Origin: Candidatus Caldarchaeales archaeon
Lineage (GTDB): Archaea > Thermoproteota > Nitrososphaeria_A > Caldarchaeales > Calditenuaceae
Assembly: GCA_039630085.1 (NCBI GenBank)
Contig: JBCNVM010000001.1
Span: 1 to 64,000 of the forward strand
DNA: 64,000 nt
Direction of reading: 5' to 3'
Made by a program: the position numbers and the translations under genes. This document shows positions 30,701 through 38,996 of the stretch, piece by piece. The notes beneath the pieces are model-generated. The model was not told the origin of the DNA, searched no databases, and saw only the letters and a program-made list of their open reading frames with translations. Within the stretch, counting starts at the first letter, position 1; every line of letters begins with the position of its first letter.

Positions 30701-31143
30701 CGATCGAGGTCCCCGCGGTCGTGACGGCCTCGGTCGCGAAGGGCGTCGTCGCGGTCCCCTACGCGATGGGCAGGTGGGCTGAGACGGTCCTCGTCAGGCC
30801 GAACTACGTCAGGATGAAGAAGTCCCCCGAGGCCTTCAGGGAGCTCCCGGAGAGAGTGGTCGTTCCGGAGACTGCAGTGAACCCGGTCAAGCACCTCCCG
30901 GAGGTCGTCAAGAGGATCCTCTTCACCGACAGGCCCAGCGATTACTACGTGAGAGGCCTCGCGGTCGACGAGTGGAGGTTCAACGGCGTCACCCCGAACC
31001 CGATCCAGTACGGCGACGAGTCCCTCGGCGACTGGCCGATGGTCTCGTGGATCGGCGCCGGTCAGGCCTACTTCTTCAACCCCGTGAGGATCGTGAAGAC
31101 CGGGAAGACCGCGAAGATGTCCGCGCACCAGATCGTGTGGTGA
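27694..31143 (+). CDS. ttrA: DMSO-reductase-family Mo/W-bisPGD catalytic subunit, TtrA-like
   Basis: SRRAVV Tat motif; CLGCNVRC...LCARG FS0 motif; PLKRAGPRGSGRW; HTSAC; ADYLVPDTTYLE; B-C-A gene order. Confidence 0.8.
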   Translation: MVSRRAVVRGVVGAASLGVFLAGYWHTVERIVRPTAQLYKPDRTFGTGVRYVYTSCLGCNVRCGIRVRVATVDGVEVIERIEGNPYHPYNRHVSADHQLHRYSEIDYKTPPGEALKVGSTLCARGQDGIHYVYDPYRIVKPLKRAGPRGSGRWKEISWEQLIKEVVEGGVIEETGERLPGIREIYVFGRLRDAGFEKPNDILTAIRNDADELVKKAADPAVTAEKLDELIKAFKEKWSKALGEKGVKLEDVLIDPDNPDLGTKANMLVYMRGRGQDNADTFANRFVRAVGSVNWLRHTSACQLAFYAGNYLWSGFYDINADFMGAKVLIMAGGALGRLHPGATGQGALIERAADGEVKVYYVNPIGPRVSANGNVVWVPVKPGTDAALALAIAQLMIKNGWINMEFLQAPSLKAAEKIGYPYCSNATWLVVMEEKHKLYGSFLTDTALGIGKDGKAVVRAGEAFAVHDAVDKAELEFSGRVRLATGEEVLVKTAFTIFKETAFSRTVEEWAKICGVDPRLIEQMVRDFGQAAPRAATYIHRGVAMHPNGEYTVWALRSLDVLIGNFHRIGGILGRPSLTSYNNYLYNCSASGYGEPVRWGPAIDRHYAEYEKTLMYYRKVKRGENPYPTKRPWYPLSPEESYTELFAGIDQGYPYPIKVLILYFANPVIATNFGVKFVEVLKDTKKLPLFIGVTTTINETYLYADYLVPDTTYLETGTMGVHFLYGGGLGRLLAECWRSPVIMPLTQRIGDSPDGKPRYASFWEFFIDAGKALGAAGFGEKAIPGTPGRKYEGKWFPVHSAWDYILRVYANGAANAMDRGLIPKTIPEEDVRFVEQNYPIARFKGVLPEEEWRAAAYCLARGGVFTKYEESFTEKGFSKRTVPGTRVLQLWHDKLAKTPNSVTGKKFWGGPAYFEPATYGPVKAGASGVPFAGTSLRALYPESEYPFLLTFESGPLYTKHRSMNYYWIKTILPENFVLINREDAAALGIKTGDVVLVESPYGSIEVPAVVTASVAKGVVAVPYAMGRWAETVLVRPNYVRMKKSPEAFRELPERVVVPETAVNPVKHLPEVVKRILFTDRPSDYYVRGLAVDEWRFNGVTPNPIQYGDESLGDWPMVSWIGAGQAYFFNPVRIVKTGKTAKMSAHQIVW

Positions 31144-31175
31144 CTCACCCGTAACAGAAATCCGGTGACCTGTTT

Positions 31176-31703
31176 TTGCTGGATTCCTTTGAGAGGGCGA
31201 ACCTCTACGTCTCTGTCTTCTCGCTCCTCCAGAGCTTGGCGGAGGGCTCCGACCCGCCCGTTGAGGTTAGGGAGCTCCTAGAGGCCTTGGGGTTAGAGGT
31301 GCCAGAGTTCGACAGGGAGGCGGCGAGGGAGCTGGGACGGGTCACGGCGAGGGACGTCCGTGCGGACGTGCCCGGGGGGCTCAGGAGACACCTCCACCTC
31401 CACGTGAAGTCCTTTGCGGAGCGGACGGGGTACGAGGTCCCCGAGCCGGCGGACGGACTGATCAACATGGCGGCACTCGCGGCGAGGCTCGCGATGGACG
31501 CCTTCGCGGCCGAGCCCGAGGACGTGAAGAGGTCCGAGGAGCTGGAGCGGGCGCTGATGAGGTTCCTACAGACCCACATGCTGCCGGCCCTCGAAAGCCT
31601 GAGCGTCCCGGACGCGGGCCTGAGGAGGCTGATCGGTGAGGTCGTCGCATTGATCAGGGCTGACGTGGAAGACCTGAAGGCGAAGTTCGCGGCGCAGAGC
31701 TAG
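31176..31703 (+). CDS. TorD/TtrD-family maturation chaperone
   Basis: EPADGL, RFLQTHMLP; directly follows ttrA. Confidence 0.65.
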   Translation: MLDSFERANLYVSVFSLLQSLAEGSDPPVEVRELLEALGLEVPEFDREAARELGRVTARDVRADVPGGLRRHLHLHVKSFAERTGYEVPEPADGLINMAALAARLAMDAFAAEPEDVKRSEELERALMRFLQTHMLPALESLSVPDAGLRRLIGEVVALIRADVEDLKAKFAAQS

Positions 31704-31708
31704 ATTGA

Positions 31709-31806
31709 TGGACCGGGCGGGACTCGAACCCGCGACCTCTCCCGGGCGAGCTCTGTGCCCGCCACCCGGGTGCAAACCGGGCGATCTGCCGCTGATCTAC
31801 CGGCCC
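31709..31806 (-). tRNA. tRNA-Ala(TGC) with 26-nt non-canonical intron at 43/44 (31739-31764)
   Basis: GGGCCGG/CCGGTCC acceptor with G3:U70; anticodon arm CCCGG-TTTGCAC-CCGGG; T loop TTCGAGT; intron removal gives a 72-nt cloverleaf. Confidence 0.92.
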
Positions 31807-31856
31807 TCGGACCGGACTTCATGAGCTCTCAATTTAGGTTTCGCGAACCGCAGCCC

Positions 31857-33299
31857 TCACGAGTGCCTCCTCAGGTACCTCTCGATCAGGAACTTACTCT
31901 TCAGGGACTCCTCGGACATCCTCCTCACCTTCCCGTAGATCCTCGACTCGGCGAAGGGCCTGTCGAAGGCGCCGAAGCACCAGCTTATCCCAAGGTAGCT
32001 GTTCGGGTCGACGCCGTCGAGCGCGTACCTGTCGTTGAGGTAGACGGCGTACTCGAACGCGGTCCTGGGGTCCTCGGTCCACTCGATCAGCCTCTTGCAC
32101 CAGTACATCCGCATGTAGTTGTGGATCTTCCCGGTCCTCAGGAGCTCCCTCTGGGCCGCGTTCCAGTACCTGTCGTGAGTCTGGGCTCTCTCCAGCTCCT
32201 CGAGACTGTAAACGTGCTCGCGCCTGTCTGAGGCGTGCTCCTCGAGCGTCCCCCTCGCCCAAGCGGGGAGGCCCTCGAACTTCCCGAAATCGGGGTTGTG
32301 GACCGCCGCGTTCCTAGCGAGCTCCCTCCAGACTACTAGCTCGTCGATAAGCCTGCTCACGTTGGCGTCGTCCGGACCGAAGGACTTCAGGGCCTCCCGG
32401 AGCACTTGGACCGGCGAGATCATCCCCCACCTGAGGTAAGGGCTGAGCTCCGACGTCGCGTCCGCGCCGGGGTCAGACCTCTTCTCCGCGTAGAACTTCA
32501 GCCTTTCCCGCACGAAGACGTCGAGCCGCCGCAGAGCTTCGTCCTCGCCGCCGACGTAGTAGTCGACCGGAGGGACGGTCACGTCAATGTCCAGCCCGTT
32601 AAGGTAGCCCTCGACCGAGTCCTCGTCCCAGCTCGCGACGTCCATATCCAGAGAGGGCACCTTGATCTCTAGCTGGGGGACATCCTCTAGGAAGCTCTGG
32701 AGGTTCTTCAAGATCTTCGGCCTTATGGTCCTCGCGTAAGGCTCGGCCTTCGTGGACGCGACTCCGACCGGGACTACGACATCTCCCTCGACCATCGCGA
32801 CCGGTGACTCGGCCCCCTCGACCGCTTCCCTCAGGAACCTCCTCTGGTGCGGGAGGTAGGGCGAATCCAGCACGACCATGCACGACTCCTCGATCAGGGG
32901 GACGAAGTCGGAGTTCCTCCTGACCACCAGCTTGATCCCCCTTCGGGCGAGGGAGCTCCTGAGCTTGATCATCCCCTCGAGCATGAACCTGAACCTCCTC
33001 AGGTTGGGGTGGGGCTTCCTCTCGATCAGCGGGAACACGACCAGCAGGGGCCTCCGGAGCCCATTGGCTGCGTAGACCGCGTACTCCAGCGCGTAGTTGT
33101 GAACAGACCTGTGGGAGGCGTACATCAGGTACGTCACGAACTCGCCCCGTGCCCCTCCTTCACCCGGCTTGAGCGAGTGGACCCGCTCCGGCCTGATGAA
33201 GCTCGGAGGAGGCAGCACGCGAGTCACTCGGAGCCTCCGCAATAAATCCACGACTCGTGCGCTGAGCTTGAATTCGGCGGAATAGAACGCAGAGCGCAT
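31857..33299 (-). CDS. phrB: Class II CPD photolyase; start may be GTG 33227
   Basis: HNYALEYA, ARTIRPKI, SELSPYL, THDRYWNAAQ, GKIHNYMRMYW, LNDRYALDG.DPNSY. Confidence 0.9.
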   Translation of the reverse strand: MRSAFYSAEFKLSARVVDLLRRLRVTRVLPPPSFIRPERVHSLKPGEGGARGEFVTYLMYASHRSVHNYALEYAVYAANGLRRPLLVVFPLIERKPHPNLRRFRFMLEGMIKLRSSLARRGIKLVVRRNSDFVPLIEESCMVVLDSPYLPHQRRFLREAVEGAESPVAMVEGDVVVPVGVASTKAEPYARTIRPKILKNLQSFLEDVPQLEIKVPSLDMDVASWDEDSVEGYLNGLDIDVTVPPVDYYVGGEDEALRRLDVFVRERLKFYAEKRSDPGADATSELSPYLRWGMISPVQVLREALKSFGPDDANVSRLIDELVVWRELARNAAVHNPDFGKFEGLPAWARGTLEEHASDRREHVYSLEELERAQTHDRYWNAAQRELLRTGKIHNYMRMYWCKRLIEWTEDPRTAFEYAVYLNDRYALDGVDPNSYLGISWCFGAFDRPFAESRIYGKVRRMSEESLKSKFLIERYLRRHS

Positions 33300-33479
33300 G
33301 ACTTCCTTAAGAGGAAAATTGTTAGTTTTTGCTATTCGTCGGTTCTGAGCACAACACTTTTGATTGAATAATTATGACTGGTCAGGTACAAATCATGTAT
33401 GACGTGAACGTAGAACTCCTTCGGACTTTTGTTGTCAACGAGTCTTGCCAATAATTATCACTGAGGAATAGCGATACCA

Positions 33480-34310
33480 TTATACGATATAAGCAAGCTC
33501 GCCGCTTTTGAACTTCTTCCTTATCAGTTCTTTATCACAGATGTTCGAAATCACCTCACCAACTGAGTTATAAAGATTATAAGTCGTCATTAGCTGAACA
33601 AACCTAAAGCGAGATCTTACCGCGTTTAACACATCGTTGGAAAATGGTGAGTCCCTTTCACGAGGTGGGTGCGACCTAAAGTGGTTAACCATCAGTATGG
33701 GTACAAGATTATCCTCACCTGTTTCGTCTAACTTTCTAAGGTAATGATCTACAACCTGTCTAAGATCACGTATGTTTGCCCATCTTTCCAACCCTTTCAC
33801 TTCAATTATTGCAAAATAGTCCCCATCTCTGACTTCGAGATCGTGGATACCTTCTATTTCTGTAGGTTCAACTTTAAAACCTAAAAAATCTAGAGTGAAA
33901 GCTACAGCATCAACAAGTTCATAACCACTGGATGTTAAAAGAAGTTCGAATTTTTCATAGATTTCGAGCTCGCGATTTAACTTCTTTATTTGATCTTCTA
34001 AATTCTTCTTTTGTGGAAAAGAGTATTCTGATATCCACGTTGGTCTTGTAGATTTTTTAGAAAGATTTTCAACCATATACGCTGGTGCTACCAGTTTAAG
34101 TTTTCTTCGTTGATCAAAAACTACTTTTAGCCTAGATTCATTTATTAGATGATTTACATAACGAAGTACCTCATTACGTGTCATATCGCCCTTCAAGTTC
34201 TCGTGGATCATTGGTATAGTACAAAATTTTTTATATTTATCAATGTATTCTTCTATAATATTATAAATTTTATCAGCCTTCTGCGGGTCTATTTCTTTGC
34301 GTTTTGGCAT
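33480..34310 (-). CDS. wHTH + coiled coil + PD-(D/E)XK (Mrr/restriction-like) nuclease
   Basis: FLGFKVE...IHDLEV....IIEVKG...DLRQVVDH catalytic pattern. Confidence 0.7.
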   Translation of the reverse strand: MPKRKEIDPQKADKIYNIIEEYIDKYKKFCTIPMIHENLKGDMTRNEVLRYVNHLINESRLKVVFDQRRKLKLVAPAYMVENLSKKSTRPTWISEYSFPQKKNLEDQIKKLNRELEIYEKFELLLTSSGYELVDAVAFTLDFLGFKVEPTEIEGIHDLEVRDGDYFAIIEVKGLERWANIRDLRQVVDHYLRKLDETGEDNLVPILMVNHFRSHPPRERDSPFSNDVLNAVRSRFRFVQLMTTYNLYNSVGEVISNICDKELIRKKFKSGELAYIV

Positions 34311-34340
34311 GGCTATTGTTCAACTTTAATTTTCCTTTGA

Positions 34341-34619
34341 TTACTTTGGGTTTTTTTTCGCGATTAGTTTCCTTCCTCGTCTTGCCCTAGTTAATGCTAC
34401 ATTTACAGTATTGTTGGTAGTCCCTAATATTTTCGCTATCTCCTTAGGTGTTAGCCCCAATCGAGAGAGGAGTTCGATTTTCTCTTGTTGATTGAACTCC
34501 ATAGGAAGAGAAATAGCTAGCAAACTTATGATTGTATTTAATCTAATTGTTAGTTCTTGGAATTCGACCTTGAGCATCTCAGTTAATTCAATTGATTTCG
34601 TGACCTTTTCCACCTTCAT
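34341..34619 (-). CDS. Small sigma70-r4/LuxR-type HTH protein
   Basis: GLTPKEIAKILGTTNNTVNVALTRAR; GGGTGA RBS; overlaps the upstream gene. Confidence 0.75.
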   Translation of the reverse strand: MKVEKVTKSIELTEMLKVEFQELTIRLNTIISLLAISLPMEFNQQEKIELLSRLGLTPKEIAKILGTTNNTVNVALTRARRGRKLIAKKNPK

Positions 34620-35028
34620 CGAGCTCACCCTTTAGACTGAAGTTATCTCTAAGTGAGTATTCCTTCATCTTAAGCTTTTGTGTTTTTCGGTTCTTCTTTA
34701 AATTTGAGATGTTAATACCTAACTCCTCTAATTTAAATAATGACCTCTCTTTACGTCCCTCACTTATCGCTAATCGGTTCTCCACAAATTTTTTCACCCA
34801 TCCCGTCACAGTGCGCCTTGGAATGCCAGTCATTTTAGAGATTTCAAGGTCTGAACGGTTACCGTCAAGATTGTTGTAAACTACGGCTTTTTCATAAGTG
34901 TCAATCACCTTCTTGGCGTTGTCGGAAACGATTGAAGCTGCAATTATGCGAGTATATACTAGTAACTGATTGAGAGCTTCCTCTATTCTCTTCTCGGAAT
35001 TTTTCCCCTGTTTGTCCGATCTCTTCAT
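34588..35028 (-). CDS. Small wHTH protein
   Basis: VYNNLDGNRSDLEISKMTGIPRRTVTGWVKKFVENRL. Confidence 0.7.
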   Translation of the reverse strand: MKRSDKQGKNSEKRIEEALNQLLVYTRIIAASIVSDNAKKVIDTYEKAVVYNNLDGNRSDLEISKMTGIPRRTVTGWVKKFVENRLAISEGRKERSLFKLEELGINISNLKKNRKTQKLKMKEYSLRDNFSLKGELDEGGKGHEIN

Positions 35029-35363
35029 GCTCTTTCGTTACTTGATATTTCTCACTTTCAACGTTTTTGTTGACCAATTGATTAGAGCCCGCATTTACAA
35101 TACATCAAAGACACTAAAATCATAGAGGGCATCTACGATATAGTTGTGCAATTTTATCTTTAAATAATTGCACTAACACATTGAGATATAGTCGATTTTT
35201 CATTACAAACAGTATTTGGCCATTAGATATCAAAAGTATTTGGTCGAATAAAGTTGATATGTATCTGCCGTCCGCGTTCCGTGTCTTAATTAAGTCTCTA
35301 TGCGAGGTCTTAGGTTTCATTAACTACCTCACTTCCCGTTTGGACACCAATTAAAACGTGGCA

Positions 35364-35438
35364 TGCCCCGGCCGGGATTTGAACCCGGGTCTCGGGCTCG
35401 AGAGGCCCGCATACTTGACCGGGCTATACTACCGGGGC
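35364..35438 (-). tRNA. tRNA-Glu(CTC)
   Basis: GCCCCGG/CCGGGGC acceptor; CGGGC-CTCTCGA-GCCCG anticodon arm; TTCAAAT T loop; 75 nt; CCA not encoded. Confidence 0.95.
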
Positions 35439-35599
35439 CTCCGCAGACTTTGTGATCAGTGTCATCTATTAGCGCTTTCCTTCCCTGGGTACGTCCAGTT
35501 CACCCCGGGACTGAACAGGGGCGCGTGAAGCTAACGGGGCGACGAAGGTGCATCAGGGAAAGAGGGCGGACGTTCAGGTCGCGGAGCTCGGCTATCTGC

Positions 35600-36763
35600 T
35601 CACCCGGCCCTGATCTCGACGACGTCGCCGTCGGAGAGGACGTGGTCCGGACCGACCCTCTGGCCTTGGACCTTGACCGACCTTCCCCAGACCCTCGCGT
35701 ACCTGAAGCCCCTCGCGAGGTCCTTGTGGATCAGCTCCGCCAGCTCGATGACCGTCGCGCCCTCGGGCAGTAGGATCGGCCTGTTCGAGACGACTCCGTC
35801 CTTCTGGGTGTAGACTCTGACCAGCGTCAGCGCGCCGAAGACCGCCTCCTTAAGCTCCTCGATCGAGCGGGGGTCTTTCACGGAGGTGGACACAACCCTC
35901 AGTCCCGTGCGGTCCTCCAGCTCCTCGGAGAGCTCTCTGGCCCTCGCGGCGCCGACGAGGTCGGACCTGTTGAGGGCGACCAGGGCCCTCCTGTAGACCG
36001 GCTGGACGATCACCTGCTCCTCGATCTCGTCGAGGGTCGCCTCCCCGATCACCTTCACGACCGCTGAGCTGTAGCCGTAGGACCTCAGGAGCTCGACGAC
36101 CTCATCGGCCCTGCAGTGGATCTTCCCCAGAACGACCAGCCTTATCCCGCCGCCGTCGGTCCTCTGTACCTTGACGTCGCACCTAGGCCTCCTCAGGGAG
36201 ATCCCGTGGTCCTCGAGGAGGGACCTGACCGCCTCGAGCTGCGCGAACGGGTCCGAGGCCGCGTCGACGACGATCAGGATCAGGTCGCTGTTCCTCGCCA
36301 CCGAGACGGACCTCCTCGCGAAGGCGGTGGGCCGGAGGTCTTCGGTGAGGACCGGAGGCAGGTCGACCACTTGGACCTCCGCGTCCCTGATCAGCGCCAT
36401 TCCGGGGTAGGGCCTAGTGGTGGTGAGCGGGTAATCGGCGACCGGAGACTTCGCGTTGGTGAGGGCGTTGAGGAGCGAGGACTTCCCGGAGTTCGCGGGG
36501 CCGATGAGCGCCACCTGCGCCCACCCCTCCTTCTCGACGGAGAACTCGTCCCTTCCCCCGGACCTCCTCGACCTCCTCTCCTCGAGCTCGGACCTGAGTT
36601 CCGCAAGCCTCTTTCTTAGCTGCCTCCTCAGCTTCTCCGTGCCCTTGTGGTCCGGTATCAGGCCGATCGCCTCCTCGAGCCTCGCGATCTTCTCCTCGAT
36701 CGTCCTGGCCGAGGAGTACTCCGCGAGCTTCGCCCTCGCCTCCGCCGGGAGGTTCGTGGGCAT
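35600..36763 (-). CDS. DRG/OBG-family GTPase with TGS domain
   Basis: MPTNLP, HKGTEKL, GPANSGKSS, YPLTT, IHKDL..GFRYAR.WG. Confidence 0.9.
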   Translation of the reverse strand: MPTNLPAEARAKLAEYSSARTIEEKIARLEEAIGLIPDHKGTEKLRRQLRKRLAELRSELEERRSRRSGGRDEFSVEKEGWAQVALIGPANSGKSSLLNALTNAKSPVADYPLTTTRPYPGMALIRDAEVQVVDLPPVLTEDLRPTAFARRSVSVARNSDLILIVVDAASDPFAQLEAVRSLLEDHGISLRRPRCDVKVQRTDGGGIRLVVLGKIHCRADEVVELLRSYGYSSAVVKVIGEATLDEIEEQVIVQPVYRRALVALNRSDLVGAARARELSEELEDRTGLRVVSTSVKDPRSIEELKEAVFGALTLVRVYTQKDGVVSNRPILLPEGATVIELAELIHKDLARGFRYARVWGRSVKVQGQRVGPDHVLSDGDVVEIRAG

Positions 36764-36864
36764 CCGGTGACCGAGGACGACTCCGCGATTTATCCACGTT
36801 GCGCGGGTCGAGCCTGAACGAACCGGCTCAAGCTTTTAAGAAACTCGGGGAGTGATGGCGCGGA

Positions 36865-37272
36865 TTGGGCAGGCGGAGAAGGAAGATCATCAAGAGGACG
36901 CCCAAGCCGTTCCCCAAGGTCTTCTACTGCCCTCTGTGCAACCAGCAGGCGGTCACGGTCGTGAACGTCAGCGGCTACGTCGCGAGGGTGAGCTGCGGCA
37001 ACTGCGGCGTCTCGCACGACGTCCCCTGGTACAGGAGCTCGATGCCAGTCGACGCCTACTCCATCTGGTACGACGTCGTGATGGGCAGGGTCACGGAGGA
37101 GGAGGTCGCCCGTAAAATCGAGAGGCTGAAGGCGGTCCATGAGGTGGTCCTAGAGGAGGCCGGAGAGCTGGCCGAGGAGGTGCCGGTCGAGCCGGTCGAG
37201 GATGCCGCAACGGTTGATAAGTCGGACGAGGGCGAGGTGGTCCCGGAAGATGAAGCAGGTCGTCAGGATTAA
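36865..37272 (+). CDS. elf1: Transcription elongation factor Elf1 with acidic C-terminal extension
   Basis: MGRRRRK basic N-terminus, FYCPLC...CGNCG, PVDAYSIWYD. Confidence 0.85.
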   Translation: MGRRRRKIIKRTPKPFPKVFYCPLCNQQAVTVVNVSGYVARVSCGNCGVSHDVPWYRSSMPVDAYSIWYDVVMGRVTEEEVARKIERLKAVHEVVLEEAGELAEEVPVEPVEDAATVDKSDEGEVVPEDEAGRQD

Positions 37273-37564
37273 GCTGGCGTCGACGGACCTCGAGAGATTG
37301 GAGAGCCTCTGTAAGGAGATCAAGGAGATCGCGACGAGGAGCGGTGCGAAGGTGAGGGGACCCACCCCGCTGCCCACCACCAAGCTCGTGCTTCCGGTCA
37401 GGAAGAGCCCCTGCGGCGAGGGGACGAAGACATGGAGGAAGTGGGAGATGAGGGTCCACAAGCGGCTGATGGACCTCACTATCACAGACCCGCGTGTAAT
37501 GAGGGAGATAATGAGGATCCAAGTCCCTGAAACTATAGCGATCGAGATGCGGGTTAAAGGCTGA
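37250..37564 (+). CDS. rps10: 30S ribosomal protein uS10
   Basis: RIKLAS, GPTPLPT, RKSPCGEG..TW..WEMRVHKRL. Confidence 0.95.
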   Translation: MKQVVRIKLASTDLERLESLCKEIKEIATRSGAKVRGPTPLPTTKLVLPVRKSPCGEGTKTWRKWEMRVHKRLMDLTITDPRVMREIMRIQVPETIAIEMRVKG

Positions 37565-37577
37565 AGGTCCCGGGCTT

Positions 37578-38876
37578 CTACTTCCCTAACTTCGTTATCT
37601 CCCTGACGATCCCTGCTCCTATGGTCATCCCCATGTCCCTTAGCGCGAACCTCCCGAGCTGCGGGAACTCGCTGTAGGGCTCGAGGGCCACGGGCTTGAG
37701 GGGTTGCAGCTTGACCATCGCGGCGTCGCCGGTCCTGAGGAACTGCGGGTTCTTCTCGACGACCTGGCCGGTCCTCGGGTCGATCTTCGCCTCCAGCTCC
37801 GCGAACCTGACTGCAGTCTGGGCCGTGTGGATGTGCATGACCGGGGTGTAGCCAACTGCTATCGCGGTCGGGTGGTTGATGATGATCACCTGGGCCCTGA
37901 ACTCCTCAGCCACCTTGCAGGGGTTGTCCGAGTGACTGACGACCATCCCGCGGGCGAGCTGCGTCTTGTCGACGCCCTTGAGGTTGAAACCGATGTTGTC
38001 GCCGGGGACCGCCTGAGGGAGCGGCGTGTGGTGCATCTCTATGCTCTTGACCTCCGCCCTGATTCCGCCGGGCATGATCACGACCTGGTCGCCGGGCTTT
38101 AGGACGCCGGTCTCGACCCTGCCTACCGGTACGGTGCCTACCCCCTTGATCGAGTAGACGGCTTGGATCGGGATCCTGAGCGGCTTGTCGACCGGCTTCG
38201 GAGGCTCTTGGAAGGCGTCGAGGGCCTCGAGGAAGGTCGGCCCGGTGTACCAAGGCATGTTCTTGCTCCTCTCGACGAGGTTGTCGCCCGTCCACCCGGA
38301 GACCGGGATGAAGTTGACCTTGGAGGGGTCGATGCCTATCTGCCTCATGAGCGCGGAGACACCCTGCTTCACCTCCTCGTACCTCTCCTTGGACCAGTTG
38401 ACGGTCGGGTCGTCCATCTTGTTGATCAGCACTAGGATCTGCCTTATGCCGAGCATGTAGGCGAGGAAGAGGTGCTCCCTGGCCTGACCGCCGGGCGCGA
38501 TCGCGACCTCGTACTCGCCCTTCTTCGCGGAGACCACGAGCACCGCCGCGTCGGCCTGGGAGGCTCCGGTGATCATGTTCTTGACGAAGTCCCTGTGGCC
38601 CGGCGCATCGATGATGGTGAAGAAGTTCTTCTTCGTCTCGAACTTCTGGAAGCTCAGCGTGATCGTCAGCCCCCTCTCCCTCTCCTCCTTGATCGTGTCC
38701 ATGATGAACGCGTAGAGGAAGGTCTCCTTACCCAGCCTCTTCGCCTCCTCCTCGAGTTGCTTCAGCTGCCTCTCGTCGACCGCGCCGTTCAGCACCAGGA
38801 AGTGGCCCAACGTCGTCGACTTCCCGTGGTCGACGTGCCCTATCACGATCATGTTGATGTGCGGCTTTCCGGACAT
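37578..38876 (-). CDS. tuf: Elongation factor EF-1 alpha
   Basis: GHVDHGKST, ERERGLTI, DAPGHRDFVKNMITG, NKMD, GRFALRDMG. Confidence 0.97.
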   Translation of the reverse strand: MSGKPHINMIVIGHVDHGKSTTLGHFLVLNGAVDERQLKQLEEEAKRLGKETFLYAFIMDTIKEERERGLTITLSFQKFETKKNFFTIIDAPGHRDFVKNMITGASQADAAVLVVSAKKGEYEVAIAPGGQAREHLFLAYMLGIRQILVLINKMDDPTVNWSKERYEEVKQGVSALMRQIGIDPSKVNFIPVSGWTGDNLVERSKNMPWYTGPTFLEALDAFQEPPKPVDKPLRIPIQAVYSIKGVGTVPVGRVETGVLKPGDQVVIMPGGIRAEVKSIEMHHTPLPQAVPGDNIGFNLKGVDKTQLARGMVVSHSDNPCKVAEEFRAQVIIINHPTAIAVGYTPVMHIHTAQTAVRFAELEAKIDPRTGQVVEKNPQFLRTGDAAMVKLQPLKPVALEPYSEFPQLGRFALRDMGMTIGAGIVREITKLGK

Positions 38877-38996
38877 CCTCGCTCGGAGTTCTGAACCTAC
38901 GTGCCGTATTTAAAATTCTTCCCCGGGAGCTGAGCGGAGCTCAGGTCTCGGAGCGCGCACGTCGGGTGACCGGATGAGCGGAACCGGCCAGCGGGC

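Larger units (their letters stand above)
33300..35363. mobile_element. AT-rich horizontally acquired islet abutting the tRNA-Glu 3' end; no integrase seen
   Basis: Abrupt switch to AT-rich sequence and A/T-ending codons; ends at the tRNA-Glu 3' end. Confidence 0.7.

Noticed and set aside
29602-31128. Long antisense ORFs (also 62040-63524, 5429-6556, 18255-19247 and others)
   Set aside because: Shadow frames of well-supported genes, caused by high GC at third codon positions
33240-33480. Expected att direct repeat of the tRNA-Glu 3' end at the far side of the islet
   Set aside because: No copy found by eye and no integrase, so not called an intact integrative element
35120-35320. 66-aa ORF in the islet
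   Set aside because: No recognisable motif; likely chance or a remnant
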